Positions 48,610 to 61,905 of a DNA stretch of 64,000 bases are shown here, in pieces (within the stretch, counting starts at the first letter, position 1; each line of letters begins with the position of its first letter). The notes beneath the pieces were generated by a model, which ran no database searches, had not been told where the DNA came from, and saw only the letters and a program-made list of their open reading frames with translations. Source of the DNA: Vicugna vicugna. Lineage: Eukaryota. Location: the NCBI GenBank assembly GCA_013265495.1, contig MU061578.1, forward strand, positions 2,489,308 to 2,553,307. The letters are read 5' to 3'. The position numbers and the translations under genes were made by a program.

Positions 48610-48915
48610 CAGCCCGAGGTCTCAGCCTTCATGGGAAATATGGGCATTCTCATGCCACTGTCACTATTTTTGCCACATTCACACCACAGTGCAATTACTT
48701 CCTTCGTATTTTTATTTAAATAGAATTACTTTTTTAAGAAATAAAATACATTGACTTTTAGAGGAAACTTTTATCACTACCGTAAATAGAAAACCAATAT
48801 CATTTCAAGTAAAAATTAAAGCAACAAAAACAAATAGTGATATTGAATTCTGGCTGGGTGCTGTTGCCTGCCAAGACTCGGAGCCAAGCCTCATCTCCTA
48901 AGTATTTTCTGTTAA
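48610..48915. mobile_element. hAT-Charlie non-autonomous element (Charlie19a-like)
   Basis: ggaaacttttatcactaccgtaaatagaaaaccaatatca...gaattctggctgggtgctgttgcctgcc. Confidence 0.55.
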
Positions 48916-48939
48916 AGGCATACCCACCCCAATGAGGAG

Positions 48940-49160
48940 AGTTGGTTCTGGAGCTGGATTCCAAGACTGGAATCCCAGCTCTGTGGCTCTGTCACTGTGT
49001 GACTAGACATTATCTCAAACGTCTGACCTTCAGTTTGCTCGTTTATAAAATGGCACAATGAATAGGGCCAAATGTACAGGGTTGTTACAAGGACCAAGAC
49101 ATACAACCTGGAGGATGGAGACATACAGCCTAACATACAGTAAACACACAACAAATGAAA
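48940..49160 (+). mobile_element. MIR SINE
   Basis: gaatcccagctctg...cttcagtttgctcgtttataaaatgg...gggttgttacaagga. Confidence 0.75.
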
Positions 49161-50073
49161 GTTACAAGACAGAGAGAATAAAAGTCTCCACCAAGCATGA
49201 AGAGCTGGCAGGAACGATTACCCCAGAACCCATATTCTTTGGATGAAACATACATTCATAGCCCCCACTGGCTCCATAATTCCCTCCAGCAGAATGTCAC
49301 CCAGGATTACAATTGTGACAGGCTACCCCAAACTTTTTTGCCCATGTTATGTCCAGTCAGCTACCAACTTCTTTCTCGAGATCCAAGCAGTAATTCTCCA
49401 CTTGGACTGATGGTGAATAAACGGCCAGAGGTCATTTCAAATTTTAGTATTCTAAGTCTGAAGACATGATATAATCAACTCAAACAGAAATACTAGGGGA
49501 AGCCGTGGGGGTCCACCTATCACTTCCAGCTAAGCTCTCTGGAAGGTGGACATCAACTGGAAGCAATGATGGAAGGCACCATGCCTGGAGCGGCCCCAAC
49601 CATCAACTAGCCCTCATCTGGGACACTAGTCACAAGCAGAAGCAGACAGATGTCCACTGTAACCCTGTTGGTTGGAGGTAATAAATCTCCTCTCACAGGC
49701 ACTACCATTTTTGCTTTAGGCAAGCCCTTTATAAAGAGGTAAATATCAACCCACAGTGTTGGGGGGTAGAACTAGGTCAGCTATAAAGCTGGACACTAAA
49801 TCCTTAGCAACTGAGTGGTAACTGGGAGTGGAGCCTGTACTTTGGAATAGAGACACCTCTACGGCAACACTCTCTCTTCCCCCCACCCCCCCCGAGGGAA
49901 AGACCTGACACCCTGCCTTCACCAGCCTCTCACGAGGTGTTGCACAACCCCACACAGAAGAGAGGCCACCATTCTGGGGGCATCCCTCTTCATTCCCCTG
50001 CATTCTGAGCAGGTACAGCCTGACTGAAGAATTCAGTGAGTAGGCTGAAGTCATGTACTCTTAAGGACCTGGG

Positions 50074-50123
50074 TCATCATCCACCTTGTGTTTATCTTTC
50101 ATCATCCACCTTGTGTTTATCTT
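50074..50123 (+). repeat. Perfect 25-bp tandem duplication
   Basis: tcatcatccaccttgtgtttatctt at 50074-50098 and 50099-50123. Confidence 0.95.
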
Positions 50124-50124
50124 C

Positions 50125-50365
50125 CTCAACTCTACCCATGTCCCCCACAGACCATCACTTTCCATTACTTCACCTTTGCTGATCTCCTTTGGGACTCTCT
50201 CCACATTCTGCAATCACTTTCCTGTTGGTTGGTTGGTTCCTCACCCACCATGGAGGTCACTCCATGGGAAAAGAGATTTGCTTTTCTTGTTTGACTACTT
50301 ACTGAAACAGTGTCTGGCACACAGCAGGTGCGCAGTAAGTAAGAGATGAATGACTGAATGAATTT
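50125..50365 (+). mobile_element. L2 3' end
   Basis: ctccatgggaaaagagatttg...cagtgtctggcacacagcaggtgcgcagtaag...tgaatgactgaatgaat. Confidence 0.75.
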
Positions 50366-50369
50366 AGAC

Positions 50370-50580
50370 CAGTGCTGTCCAATAGAACTTTCTGTGGTGA
50401 TGGAAATGTTGTATATCTGTGGGGTCCAACATGGTGGCCACAGCTATTTGTCACATGGTTAGCCACAGTGGTAAATGAGCACTGTGGATGTGGCTCCTGC
50501 AACTGAGAAACCAGGTGTTCTTTTATTTTAACTAATTTAAATTTAAATGGCTACATGGATATTTTGGATACTATATCAGA
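50370..50580. mobile_element. MER3 hAT-Charlie MITE
   Basis: cagtgctgtccaatagaactttctgtggtgatggaaatgtt...aatttaaatttaaatggctacatg. Confidence 0.9.
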
Positions 50581-51377
50581 GGCTCCTGCCCAGACCAAGG
50601 CAAAGATGGAGGATCTTCAATAGTCAAGAAAGAGGAAAGAAAGAAAAAGAAGCATGGTGCTCTCTGGAGAATGCTGTGGACATCTTGTTCATATTATAAA
50701 AAGCGCCAACATTTGGAACTGTTAATAGAAAAATGCCAGTTTTTTCCTTAGTTAAGAGGCACCCCATTTTCTGGAGCATGAAGCAATTTGGCAGCTGCAC
50801 TAAGGACTCCTGAGGTTCAGGGACCAGAAATGAAGAAACTGTAAGCGTCGTGATGGGAAACAACAATAGCACAGCCTTTGTTCTACGCACCCCCTAGGGC
50901 AGCCTCACTTCAAAACACGCCTGAGTGGCTTTATCCAGAGCTGTCGCCAGGAAGGCACTGCCAGCTCCACTCCACCTCCCTTCCACAGCAAGTGAGGGAG
51001 CCGTGTTGTTCCAAGGGGAAAGCTCTTGTCCTCGGTGGGTCAGACCTCTCCCTGGGGCATCTCAGCAGTTGCTCACAGCCGTGCTACTCAGGACTCCTGG
51101 GTCCTCCCCAGGAACGTGAAGCTCTAGAGGCAGCCAGGCTGGGTAAGTGCACGTTTAGGTGCCAGACCTGGGGTGAGCTGCTTGGCCTCCTCGGCCTCTG
51201 ATCTCTCCTCTGTCCTGTGGGAACGCTAATTCCCACTCTGCAGAGGGTCCTTAGGGGCAACAAATCAACAAATGCATGCAAAGCCCTTAGCAAGTACTGG
51301 GCACACGGTGAGGACTCAGTGTTACTTATTACATCTGACTGCCTCCCTCCCCATTCAAAACTCTTCTTGGGGAAGAA

Positions 51378-51508
51378 TACAGCCGATATTTTATAACTAT
51401 AAATGGAGTATAACCTTTAAAAATTGTGAATCACTATACTGTACACCTGTAACTTATATAATATTGTACATCAACTATACTTCAATTTTTTTAATTGAAA
51501 AAAAAAGA
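51378..51508 (+). mobile_element. Short L1 3' end, cetartiodactyl type
   Basis: aaattgtgaatcactatactgtacacctgtaacttatataatattgtacatcaactatacttcaat + A tail; tentative TSD ggaagaa. Confidence 0.85.
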
Positions 51509-51889
51509 GGAAGAAAAAAATGTCCTGGTAACATTTACACAGCTACAACTAATCAAATACTATACTGTAATTTGTTTCAGTAATCATTCAGACTTTTTAG
51601 GCAGCTCTTGGTGTTAGGCACAAGAAATAAAAATAAAACAACCAGATTTTAAAGAAACAAAAACTCTTCCCAGGGCACCATCTTGTCCATCTCCCTGCAA
51701 TCCAACTCCTCTCTACATGTGCACTCTGCATAATAAAGTGTCCACCACTGGGCTCTGTGGAACAGCAATCTGTGAGCAGTAATGTTTGGATTTCTTAGGA
51801 CTACAGCATCCACAATCCTTGAAAACTCAGAGATTACCCTACAACAGTCACAAGCCCATGATTGCAGCAGACTAAAAACAACACGGATA

Positions 51890-52120
51890 TTAATAGTAAT
51901 CACTAATGTATGTTGAGTATTTACTATGTGCCAGGCATGGAACTGAGAGTTTTACCTGCATCGTTTCATATGCTCTTTAAGACTATCCTGAAGTAGTGGC
52001 CCCAATTTATAGAAGAGGATGCAAGGTTGGAGATGGGTAGTCACTTCCCCAAGGTCTCACAGCAGTTCAGGGGCCTCCCAGGATTCAAACCCAGGTCTGT
52101 GTGGGTCTAGAGCTCAGGCT
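51890..52120 (-). mobile_element. MIR SINE
   Basis: ttgagtatttactatgtgccaggca...cccaaggtctcacagc...ccaggattcaaacccaggtctgt. Confidence 0.85.
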
Positions 52121-52349
52121 TTTGAGCTCTGGGCTCTGTCAGGAACTGTTAGGTTGTGTCACCTGTACAATACAGACTTCCTCAGACATAGGGACAGCAA
52201 GAAATTCCTGTGTATCTAGGTGGCAAATGGTACTTAAGGAAAGTGCCCATAGCTTTTATGCTCACTGGAAATACTGATTAGACAGTAATAACCTCCGTGG
52301 AATCTTCCAGGTTTACCAAAGGAAGAGCATGAATCTCTGAAGATGGGTA

Positions 52350-52898
52350 TGTATTAGAGTCCTATTGCTGCAGTAACAAATAACCACAAACTTAGCATCT
52401 TAACACAAGTTTGTTTTCTTACAGCACGGTAAGTCAGAGGTCCGAAATGAGCCTCACTGGGCTAAAATCAAGGTGTCTGCAGGGCTGTGATCCTTCTGAA
52501 GCCTCTAGGGGAGAATCGTTCCCTTGTCTTTTCCAGCTTCTAGAAGATGCTGTATTCCTTGGCTTATGACCCTTCCTCCAGCTTAAGCAAGACTCATCTT
52601 CCAACCAGGCTCTGACTCTGACCCTCCTGCTTCCCTCTTATAAAGATTCTGTGACTTCACTGGGCCCACCCAGATAATCCAGGATAATCTCCCCGTCTCA
52701 AGAGCCTTAATCACATCTGCAACATCCCTTTTGTTATGCAAGACAACATATTCAAACTTTCCAGTTATTAGGAAGTTGACATCTTTGGGGGCTACTGTTC
52801 TGCCTACAACAGTCTATCCTCAGGCCCCAAAGACTCACATCCATCAACACACAAAATACATCCACCTCATCCCAGTATCTCTCCAAAGTCAGCTCATT
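52350..52898 (-). mobile_element. MLT1D-like LTR (52350-52811) plus adjacent internal fragment
   Basis: tgtattagagtcctattgctgcagtaacaaataaccacaaacttag...gggcccacccagataatccaggataatctccc...tctgcctacaaca, then internal gtctatcctcaggccccaaagactcacat. Confidence 0.9.
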
Positions 52899-53119
52899 AA
52901 AGGGGAAGATAATGACAGCTCACTCTTAGTGAGTGCTTGCTCTTTGTTAACTCAATCTTCATACCAACCCACTGCTGGTTTGAGAGATGAGAAATTCAAG
53001 GCTCAATCTGGTCAGGTGACTGGCCCAAGCTGAGCCAGGATTTGAAATCAGAAATAACTGACTCCCTCTGAACTAAGTTCAAGAACTTTCAGTACTTAAA
53101 GTTGGGTTTTGAACAGTGG

Positions 53120-53600
53120 ATTGAATTTAGAAAGTGAGAAGGGAGAGAAGAGGGCATTCTAGACAGGGAGAAAATCATGCAGAAATCCACAGACCAGCTC
53201 GGTTTGACATGAAGGGAAGGAGTGGGGACAAGACTTAAATAAGCAGGTGGAAGTCATAGTGAGGACCTTGAGTGACAAGAGTCAGAAGCTGACCTTCTCC
53301 TGCAGGAATCTGCAAGAACTAAATCTCAGACTGTGCCTTTCTGGTTGCTTTTCAGGAAATGTTTCAAGAGCATAAAGCAAGATGATATTTTGAAATAGTC
53401 ATTTTTGTGCCTTTCTGTTTCACATCTTATTGGGAACCTTCCTCTGATCAAAGAGACAAGCCCATTCTTCTATCTCCCAAAGCTGGAATATGGGTTACAT
53501 GAGGGCAGAGATGTCTGCTTTACTCCCTGCTGCACCCTCTCCTCCTAGAACACACCTGGCACATAGTAAGTGCTCAATAAATATTTGCTGGGTGAGTACA
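53120..53600. mobile_element. L2 fragments (- and +)
   Basis: gagggcattctagacagggag; atgagggcagagatg...cctggcacatagtaagtgctcaataaatatttgctg. Confidence 0.75.
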
Positions 53601-54807
53601 AAGTGAAAAAAATTTTTTGTTCTATGTTTTTAACTTTTAAAGAGGGCTCTTGATGCTACATCAGAATCAATCATTTGGAATCTTCAAACTTTTGATTTGG
53701 AAGAGGGCAGCTTGTTGTGAAGGGGAAAGCCTCTTGAGACTTAAAAGTCTGTAAAAGCAAATTTGGAAAGTGTCACTTAGTTTGGAAGAGGGAAGAGAAG
53801 GGGATGAGTTGCCACCTGTGGGGGGCTCAGTTGGGTCTCTAAGGGGACCAGCCTTGGGGGACGGGGCACATGGAGAGGAGTCTGCATGGAGACAGTTGAA
53901 TTCCATCCACTGGCCCCAAGGATGCGCAGGGGGGCCAGTCATTGCCTCCTGTCCATCCATGGCCATTTAAATGGACTTGGCACACGTCCCCTGTGCTGAC
54001 GATCACTGCTGTTGTTGCATCTGCCATCTGTTGAAGGCATCCCTCCTGCTTCCTCCTCCTTGCTGTCACGGATGGTCCAGCAGAAGTTATGTCCACTCCA
54101 TCATGACACTTTGCACAACCCCATCCAAATTTCAACAGTGCAGGACGTTCATAGGTTTCACCTGCCCACCCAAAGCCAGAAGGACATTCCCTGATACCCA
54201 GAGACGTGGTCCATGAGGAAGAGACATCCCTCAGAAACCAGGCTTGAGTGGAACAGAACAGGAGCAAAAACCACTCCCACCACAGAGTGCAGGCTGCAGT
54301 TTAAGGCCTCTGAATGGTTTATATTCTTCCCACATCCCAGTGGCCCCCCATTCTGCCCGCAGCCCGCCTTGCTTTTAGAACATGCATTTGAATTCCATGA
54401 GCAGCAGAAAATACACCACCTCTCTCCTCAAATGGAAGTCATAGAGGAGAATAAAGGAAAGAAACAGGAATCTATGCCAAATCAAAGATAATTTACTGCA
54501 TCTAAATAAGCAACCAAGTTAAACCCAATAGCCCACAGAGCTCCAATCAGGAGCCACACAGGGAGGCAGAAAAGGGCCACAGCCCTACTGTGATTTCAGA
54601 ATAGTCATTGTTCTGCAGGGTCTTGTTACAGTGTTTCAACCCAAATGGTGGTTCTGTGCAGTGATTTTCCCCTAAATGTGGATTGGATCCCACCATCCCA
54701 CTGCTCAAGGGGCTCCCACAGGTCTTGGGACAAAGCTGAGAGGCCTTGGTATGACACCCAGGACTCCACATAGGCCAGCCCTGCCCACCTTCCCTCCTCT
54801 GTCCCTG

Positions 54808-55395
54808 TGTGATGGTTAATTTTATGAGTCAACTTGACTGGGCTAAGGGATGCCAGACAATTGGTAAAACATTTCTTCTGCATGTGTCTGTCAGGGTATT
54901 TCTGGAAGAGGCTAGCATCAGAATCCATAGACTGAGCAAAGGAGAGCATCCTCACCAATGAGGGAGGGTGGGCATCAACCAATCCACTGGGGTCTGAACA
55001 GAACAAAAGACAGAAGAAGGGTGAAACTGCTTTCTTGCTTCAGCTGAGACATCCATCTCCTCCAGCCCTCAGACATCAGTGAGCCTGGTTCTCAGGCCTT
55101 GGGACTCAGACTGGGACTTACACCCTTGGTACTGCCTGGTTCTCAGATCTTCTGGTTTGGACTAGAACTATACCTCTGGCTTTCCTGGGCCTCTCGATTG
55201 CAGGTGGCAGATGGTGAGACCGCTCAGCCTCCATAATCACGTGAGCCAGTCCCTCATAATAAATCCCTCTATATGTATCTGTAAGTATATGTTGTACACA
55301 CATACATATCTGTACGTAGCCTATTGGTATATACAATGTACGTATCTGTACATATCCTATTGGTTCTGTTTCTCTGGAGGACTCTGACTGATACA
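54808..55395 (+). mobile_element. Full-length MLT2B-like (ERVL) solo LTR
   Basis: tgtgatggttaattttatgagtcaacttgactgggctaagggatgcc...cctattggttctgtttctctggaggactctgactgataca; 5-bp TSD ccctg/cccta. Confidence 0.93.
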
Positions 55396-55449
55396 CCCTA
55401 GGGATCCATATTCCACCCATCAGCCTTCTTAATCCCCCCAGTTCCCCAA

Positions 55450-55845
55450 TTTCCCTACCCCCAAAGGGCCTCTGCCATTGTTTTCCCTTTGCCTAGAACA
55501 CCCTCATTGTCCCTCCCTACTAAACAAATTCCTGCTCTCCTTTGGGATCTCACTTAAAGTCACTTCCCTGGGGAAACCCCGACCTCCTTACAAGACTAAC
55601 CTCCACACCATGCACATTCTGACATCACCATATAGTCTGCCTCACAGCACTTCTCACGGTGATGATTACCCACCAATCTGTCTGCTTGGTTGCTCCCTGC
55701 CCCTCCCCCCACCCCACCTCTGAAGGGTCTATTTCTGCCTTATTCATGATGGAAGCCACTGTGGAATCCCCAGCCTCTAGCACAGGCCCCATCATGTAGT
55801 AAGTGCACAATAAACATCTACTGGATAAATGAGTGAATAGATGAA
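55450..55845 (+). mobile_element. L2 3' end
   Basis: gtcacttccctggggaaacccc...cccagcctctagcacaggccc...gtagtaagtgcacaataaacat. Confidence 0.75.
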
Positions 55846-55871
55846 AGAAGAAATGGATTTCAAATACAAGC

Positions 55872-56310
55872 TGTAAGTTAGAGTGCTATTAGTTGCAAGT
55901 AGGAAAATTCCCAAGTGAAAGTGGCCTCAACAATGGGGGCCCCGTACCTGCTAATAAGATGTGCAGAGAGAGGCAAGGCCAGGTGTGCTTCTGTGTCTAC
56001 ACGATGCTGCCTTCCTCCCCAGCGTCCTTGCCCCCTGACTCTGTCCACAGGCCTCAGGGGAGATGACTTGGAACACCCCAGGCCCCACTTCCTCACACAA
56101 CCATGCTCCAAGATGGCAAAGGAGGAAGGCTTTTCCCAGAAGCCCAAGCAGACATTCACAAATCATATGTCTACTCCTAAACTAATCACAGTCAAAGGGA
56201 AGTTATCATAATTGGGCTAGATCAACCATTACTCATGGCAGGGCCCCTTCCCTTGAGCACATTGCCACCCAAAGTAGGAACCAAACTCGGCATCTATTAG
56301 CCACAGGAAA
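55872..56310 (-). mobile_element. MaLR LTR, MLT1K/L-like
   Basis: tgtaagttagagtgctattagttgcaagtaggaaaattccc...aatcatatgtctactcctaaactaatcac. Confidence 0.6.
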
Positions 56311-56394
56311 AGGGGGAGATACATTGATGCATTCATCCGCTCATTGTTTCACTCTGTTTTGAGCATCTGCTGTGGGACCCTGTGATGCCCTAGG

Positions 56395-56620
56395 ACCTTG
56401 GGCAGCGCAGCATCAGGTAAGGAGCCCCAGCAGCCCAGGTTTACATCCCAGCTCTACCGCTTACCAGCTGTGTGAAAGTGGGCATGCTACTCAACTGCTC
56501 TGTGCCTCAGTTTCCACACCTGTAAAACTGAGATGATATCAGTACCTAATTCATAGAATGAATTACTGTATGCAAAGCAGTCTGTAGCACAAAGAAAGCT
56601 CTAGAAAAGTCATTCCTAGG
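56395..56620 (+). mobile_element. MIR SINE
   Basis: atcccagctctaccgcttaccagctgtgtga...ctctgtgcctcagtttccacacctgtaaaactgag. Confidence 0.85.
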
Positions 56621-57405
56621 ATGATGGGTCTGAATGCTCCTCAGACCCAGAATGTACTCTCCACATTCTGAACATTCTGAAGACCAAGCTAAAAAGCTTT
56701 CTTTCCTTGGCTGTTGTGGAGACCTTAATGGTTTCTCTCTCCCTCTCTCTCCCTCTCTCTCTCCCTCTCTCTCTCCCCTCCCCCTTTAGAATTTATCAGC
56801 ACTTATCACAGACTGTCTGGTCTGGTTTCTCATTTTTCAGGATATAATCAGATCTCAACCCTGGCAGGTTCCGGAGGGCATACGCCATCTGGGAGTCATG
56901 CATGAGCCCCTCCACCCCCACCTCCCAGGCACCCAGGGAAGCTCTTGAGCACATAAAGGTGTTCAGAGCTCCCCAATCAACTCAGGGCTAATGTCACTCC
57001 TCTGGGAACCACCAGGTGAGAGGAAGGAGCTGATGGGTGGGAAACCAGCTCAGGGGACAGAGCTCACCTGTCCTCATCCCAGTTACACTCAAGCTCGATT
57101 TGCATACAGATGACTTCCTGAGGCCTCCCAAGGGACTCTCTCAGTTAAAGGGACCCCTCAGATTGGAAAACACCAAAGTAGAAGCCCAGGACATGGAAAG
57201 GAACATGAGAGCTGTACCCACCCTGCCCCATAACCTTCAGGGGACTTGCCATCTGAAGGGACTCTTCCAACATCCTAATAATTCAGTAAGATTCTCTGCT
57301 CCCAGAGAACTCACTCTGAGTTCAGTGGTAAATGAAGTTGCTCTTAGAATAAACACTTCGGTGACTTCATCACTTCAGGGTTTCTAATTTTCAACCCCAC
57401 CCTTT

Positions 57406-58026
57406 TGTGGTGAGCAGAATTCTCAGGTGACCCCCAAGATTCTCACTTCTTCCCAAGTGTACATGCCCTTGTCTAGTCCCCTCCCCTTGTGTGTGGGAAG
57501 GACTGTGAATGAGATGGGATAGCACTCCTGTGATGACTTGACTTTGAGTTTGTTCCTCAAAAGGGAGATCAACATGGGTGGGCCTGACCTAATCACATGA
57601 GTGATTTAAACCATGGAAATCAGAGACTTTCTCCTCTGCTGGCCTGGAAGAAAGCAAACAGCTATGGTGTGAGTTGGCAATGGAAGCTGCATAGCAAAGA
57701 ACTGTGGGGAGCCTATGGGGGCTGAAAGTTCTCTCCAGTCAACACCAAACAAGAAAATGGGGGCCTCAGTCATTCAGCCACAAAGAAATGAATTCAGTGA
57801 ACAACCTGAAGAAGCTTCAAAGATGACCCGAAGTCTCACTGGAGAAACATGGCCCTGGCTGACACTTAAATTTCAGTCTAGAGAGACTTGAACAGAACAG
57901 CCACCTAACCTCATACTCACACTCCTGACCCCTAGGAGATACTGTGATGCCACAGTGACATCATAAGTCTGTTTTAAGCTACTAGGTTCATGGTAATTTG
58001 TTACACAGCCATAGAAAACCAATACA
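57406..58026 (+). mobile_element. MaLR solo LTR, MLT1E-like
   Basis: tgtggtgagcagaattctcaggtgacccccaagatt...gggtgggcctgacctaatcacatgag...tggtaatttgttacacagccatagaaaaccaataca. Confidence 0.9.
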
Positions 58027-58380
58027 TCATTTGCTGTGATTTTCCTTTATTTAAGCAACATATACATATGTATACACAGACTCCCTGCTCCTTTTACAGA
58101 CATCTGCACCTCTAGCCTCATCTCACCTCACTTCCCTCTCCCGTTTACCGTCACACTCCGGCCCCCTTGTCCAGCCCCCTAAGACTCAAGCAAGACAAGC
58201 CTGTTTCCATCTGCTTTTTCCTCTGTGTGAATCTTGCTTCCCACCGGCCCCATGCACAACCCTGACCTACACACATTAGTTCTTGTCATCGGATGTCCTT
58301 CCCAGAGGTGTCTTCCCAGCCCACCTGACTAAAGCCCTAACCCAGTCACTCTTTCTCATTTCGCTCCTCAGCTCAATACT

Positions 58381-58654
58381 CAGTGCTCTTGAAACTGTAA
58401 GTCAGGACCCAGGAACAGGACATGAAATCATCTGAGTGAGTGGCAACCAGTAAGGTTTGTTTTTCTTTTTCCCCTCTCTCTTTTTAAATAAAGTGAATTA
58501 GAATAGAAAACATCAGAGCACTCTTCACGCATTCACTGCCTTACATGTAGTAAGGGTTTAATGAAACTTTTGTTTCAGTGTGTGTATGTGTGTGTCACAA
58601 TGTCAAGTTAATTTCATACCATGGGATGAGTCCAAAAAGCTTGAGAAATGCTGT
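58381..58654. mobile_element. hAT-Charlie MITE (MER112-like) inside an L2 3' region (~58090-58760)
   Basis: cagtgctcttgaaactg...gaatagaaaacatcagag...tgaaacttttgtttcag...aaaaagcttgagaaatgctg. Confidence 0.65.
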
Positions 58655-59171
58655 TGTGATATTTTTATTGTTCTATTTTGCTTGTTTGTTTGTGTTTGGT
58701 CTCTCTTGTTTACCACTGAATTGCCCAGTGCTTGAATGTGGTTAGCACATATTGGCTGGAGATCAGAGGGAGGCAGGGGAGGAGAGACAGACAGAAGGAG
58801 AGACAGAGAAGGAAGAGGAAATAGAGACCAAGCCCTAGATTTCTCAAGACTCTCGAGAATTTAAATTAAGGCTCTTATAAGGGCCTCCTTAAAACCACAT
58901 ACGGTTTTACGGCACCTCAGCTCCTGCAACAGAAACAGGAAGTAAAATAAGAGACACAACCACTGGAAGCAGGAAGACAAAATAATTACTGCACACTTGG
59001 AATACCCAAGGGACTCAACTGGAAAGTTCTTAGAATTAGCAAGAGACCAAGAATTTAGAGAAGTGTTTGGGTAGTAGGATGAAGATGGAAGTATCAGTCG
59101 TTCCTGGAGATGTGGACAAACACAGATGGTACAGTCTATGGGGGAAGAATACAGGCTGAGGGAAGGCTACT

Positions 59172-59660
59172 GGGTGGGGATATCTTCTCTCTGTCTTCAT
59201 GTCTCCTCTCCACTCCTCTCCACCCATCCCCGAGGCTGGCCTGTGTGGACTACGTCAGTGGGCCGAGATCTCTAGCATTCCGTTGGGTTTAGCCGATGGA
59301 GAACACCAGCAGGACGTCAGAGAGAGGGAGGAGAGCTTGTGGGTATTTATTCCCCATCTTCCTTTCCTCCTAGTTTCCTGTGATAGGTTGTATATCCCAA
59401 CCCAATGTTCTAGTTCCCATCAAGGAGGCCCTCTCTACATGACTTTCCCTTCTGGGTCCTGGTCTTCACTTCCTCTCCCTGTCTCTTCAAACTAGGGGTA
59501 CAACTGACCCCCTGTGACGAGCCCAGGAGGACTCTCCAATACTTTATGATTTACCTATAGTCTCCCTCTCCCACACCTTGGTAAATAGTCTGTATAAACT
59601 CTCTTTGAATTACCCAATCTGAGTGTGTCTTTTGTTTCCAGCCAGAACATCAACCTATAT
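59172..59660 (+). mobile_element. ERVL LTR33-like LTR
   Basis: gaggctggcctgtgtggactacgtcag...ttgggtttagccgatggagaacaccagcagga...gtaaatagtctgtataaactctctttgaattaccc. Confidence 0.7.
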
Positions 59661-59679
59661 TAGGTGTGAGGATTCCATT

Positions 59680-61250
59680 CCCAATAGCAATAAAAATTGA
59701 CAGACAGAGACAAAGAGAGAAGCAAAACACTAACCAAAAATGGATCAGACCTGTACAAGCTTGCCTGGATGGGAAAACTAAACACGTAAAAATGCCAATT
59801 CTTCCCGAATTAACTTACAAGTTTAAGACAGTTCAATAAAAATTGTTTTTAGGGGAGGAGTGACAAAATTATTCTGAAATTCCCTGGATCGAGAAACAGC
59901 AAGAGTGCTTAAGAACCACAATGCAAAGGAGAACAAATGGCAAGAAGAAACTTCTTATTATAAAGCTGCAGCCACTGGAGCACATAAGAGGTGGAAGTCT
60001 TGATGAGGAAACAAAGTTAAACTGTAGACATCCTGAACCACACCAGAGCACAAGTAAACATTTATCATATGCTAAAGGAGGCGTCATATACTGGCAGGAT
60101 AAAGAAAACTACTCCTAAACCAGTTTCTAGAAAATTGGTTGTTTGCAGGAATATAATCAAGTTAGATCCTCATACATAAATCAAAATGAATTCCAAATGT
60201 ATACAGGATTTAAAATGTAAAACTGACCATAAACACTTGTAGAAAATCTAGATAAATTTTTAGCTGATGTTAAGATAGAAAAGGCTTTTCAAAGCACAAA
60301 ATCAATGGGAAAAAAAAAAAAACACCAGGGAAGAGACTGAAAGAACTGATTACCTAAAAATAAAAAACAACTCTATTTCAAAACCATCATAAACTCAATT
60401 GAAAAGCAAATGACAAACTTGGAAACTATCCAAAACAACTATGACAGATTACGAGAATCTTCTTTAACATATAAAGAACTCTTCCAAATCAATAAGAAGA
60501 GCATTAATGCCCCAACAGAAAAATGAGCTATGGACACGAATGGAGAATTCACAGAAAAAAATAAATAGCCAATAAACACATGAAATTATGTTTCATAGCA
60601 CTTTTCCCATATCAAATCAGCAACATTTTTAAGAAAATACTTCTTGGGGGTGAGAAACACAGGAGGAGACAGAGAGTGAAATTTTTACAAGCTTTCTTAG
60701 AAGCAATTTAACAAAATACACTGAGAACCCTTCAAAGGTTTATACAGCATTATTTGCCATAGAAAAGAAATCAATCAAAAATGCCCAAGTGGAAGGCAAA
60801 ATTATCAATAAATTATAATCCAACCACAATATGGTATATTATGCAAGTATCATATTTTATATATTCAGAGACTTTTTAATGAGAAGGAGATATGTTCAAG
60901 AGATAATATTTTTTAATCAGAACCAAAAAGCTATGTATGGTATGATTTTGATTTTGTTTTGAAAGACAATTATATAAAGAAAACCAGAAAAAAAATAAAT
61001 ATCATGCTTTGTAGAAATACACATAGATGCAAAAAAAAGAAAAGAAAAGCCAGCCATGGGACGGTGAATGCTGCTTCCAAATGAGGGGTATCTGGCGGGG
61101 GTGGTGTGGAGAGCAGCGTAGAGAGAGGACAACCCTACAGGATTCTTGTCAAGGACACAGCTTTTGTTTGGGGTGATGGGTCCATGAGTTCTTACTACAT
61201 TATAGAAAATAAAATAACTATTAAGATAAATTATATGAAATTGCTAATAA
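59680..61250 (+). mobile_element. Ancient L1M ORF2 3' part and 3'UTR (degenerate)
   Basis: tgcctggatgggaaaactaaa...aaaatgccaattcttcc; ataaagaactcttccaaatcaataagaa; aaatagccaataaacacatgaaa. Confidence 0.75.
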
Positions 61251-61689
61251 TCAACTGCTTTTGATCTTCAAAAATGGCGATTTTTAATAGTTCACTTTAA
61301 TGAATAGGCAGATGACAAACGGACAAAACTGGCCGTGACTGAACCAATACTGACACCATCATGACTAAGGACTGTGCTTAATCTAATTTTAAGAAGAGAA
61401 AGATTCAGGAGGCAATTCACTAAAATGTTGGTGGTATTCATCTCCTGGTGGGATGATTAAATGCAATTATTCTTTTCTCCTTTATTTTTTACTTCCCATA
61501 TTTTGTACAAGGAAAATGGAATATTTTATAGACTTCAAATTACATATTAATTTCCTTGCCTTCCTATCCTGCTCTAATATTTAGTCTTGGCTCAAGAAGT
61601 CATAAATCAAAGTCCAAGCCCTTGACGCCACCTATGGCTAAGGTACAAATCCTGGAGTTGTATAATGATTATTAGTAATAAAGTAACAT

Positions 61690-61905
61690 TGGCAATAATA
61701 GCTCATGATTATTGTGCATACCACATGCTCTGTTTATCTCACCGACTCCTCTTAATCACCTGTGAAGGAGAGATTATAATTGTCCTCTTTTTACAGATGA
61801 AGAAACTGAGGCTCTGAATGGTCAGTTTACCTGTCTGAGGTCACAGAGTAATGGGTATTGGTCGCAGAGCTGGGAATTGGACTCCAGACTCCAGAGTCCT
61901 TGCTC
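61690..61905 (-). mobile_element. MIR SINE
   Basis: ttttacagatgaagaaactgaggctctga...gaggtcacag...gcagagctgggaattg. Confidence 0.85.

Noticed and set aside
54021..54034. CTCF-like TCAACAGATGGCAG (minus strand)
   Set aside because: Mismatches at the 5' core positions; could equally be a lone E-box.
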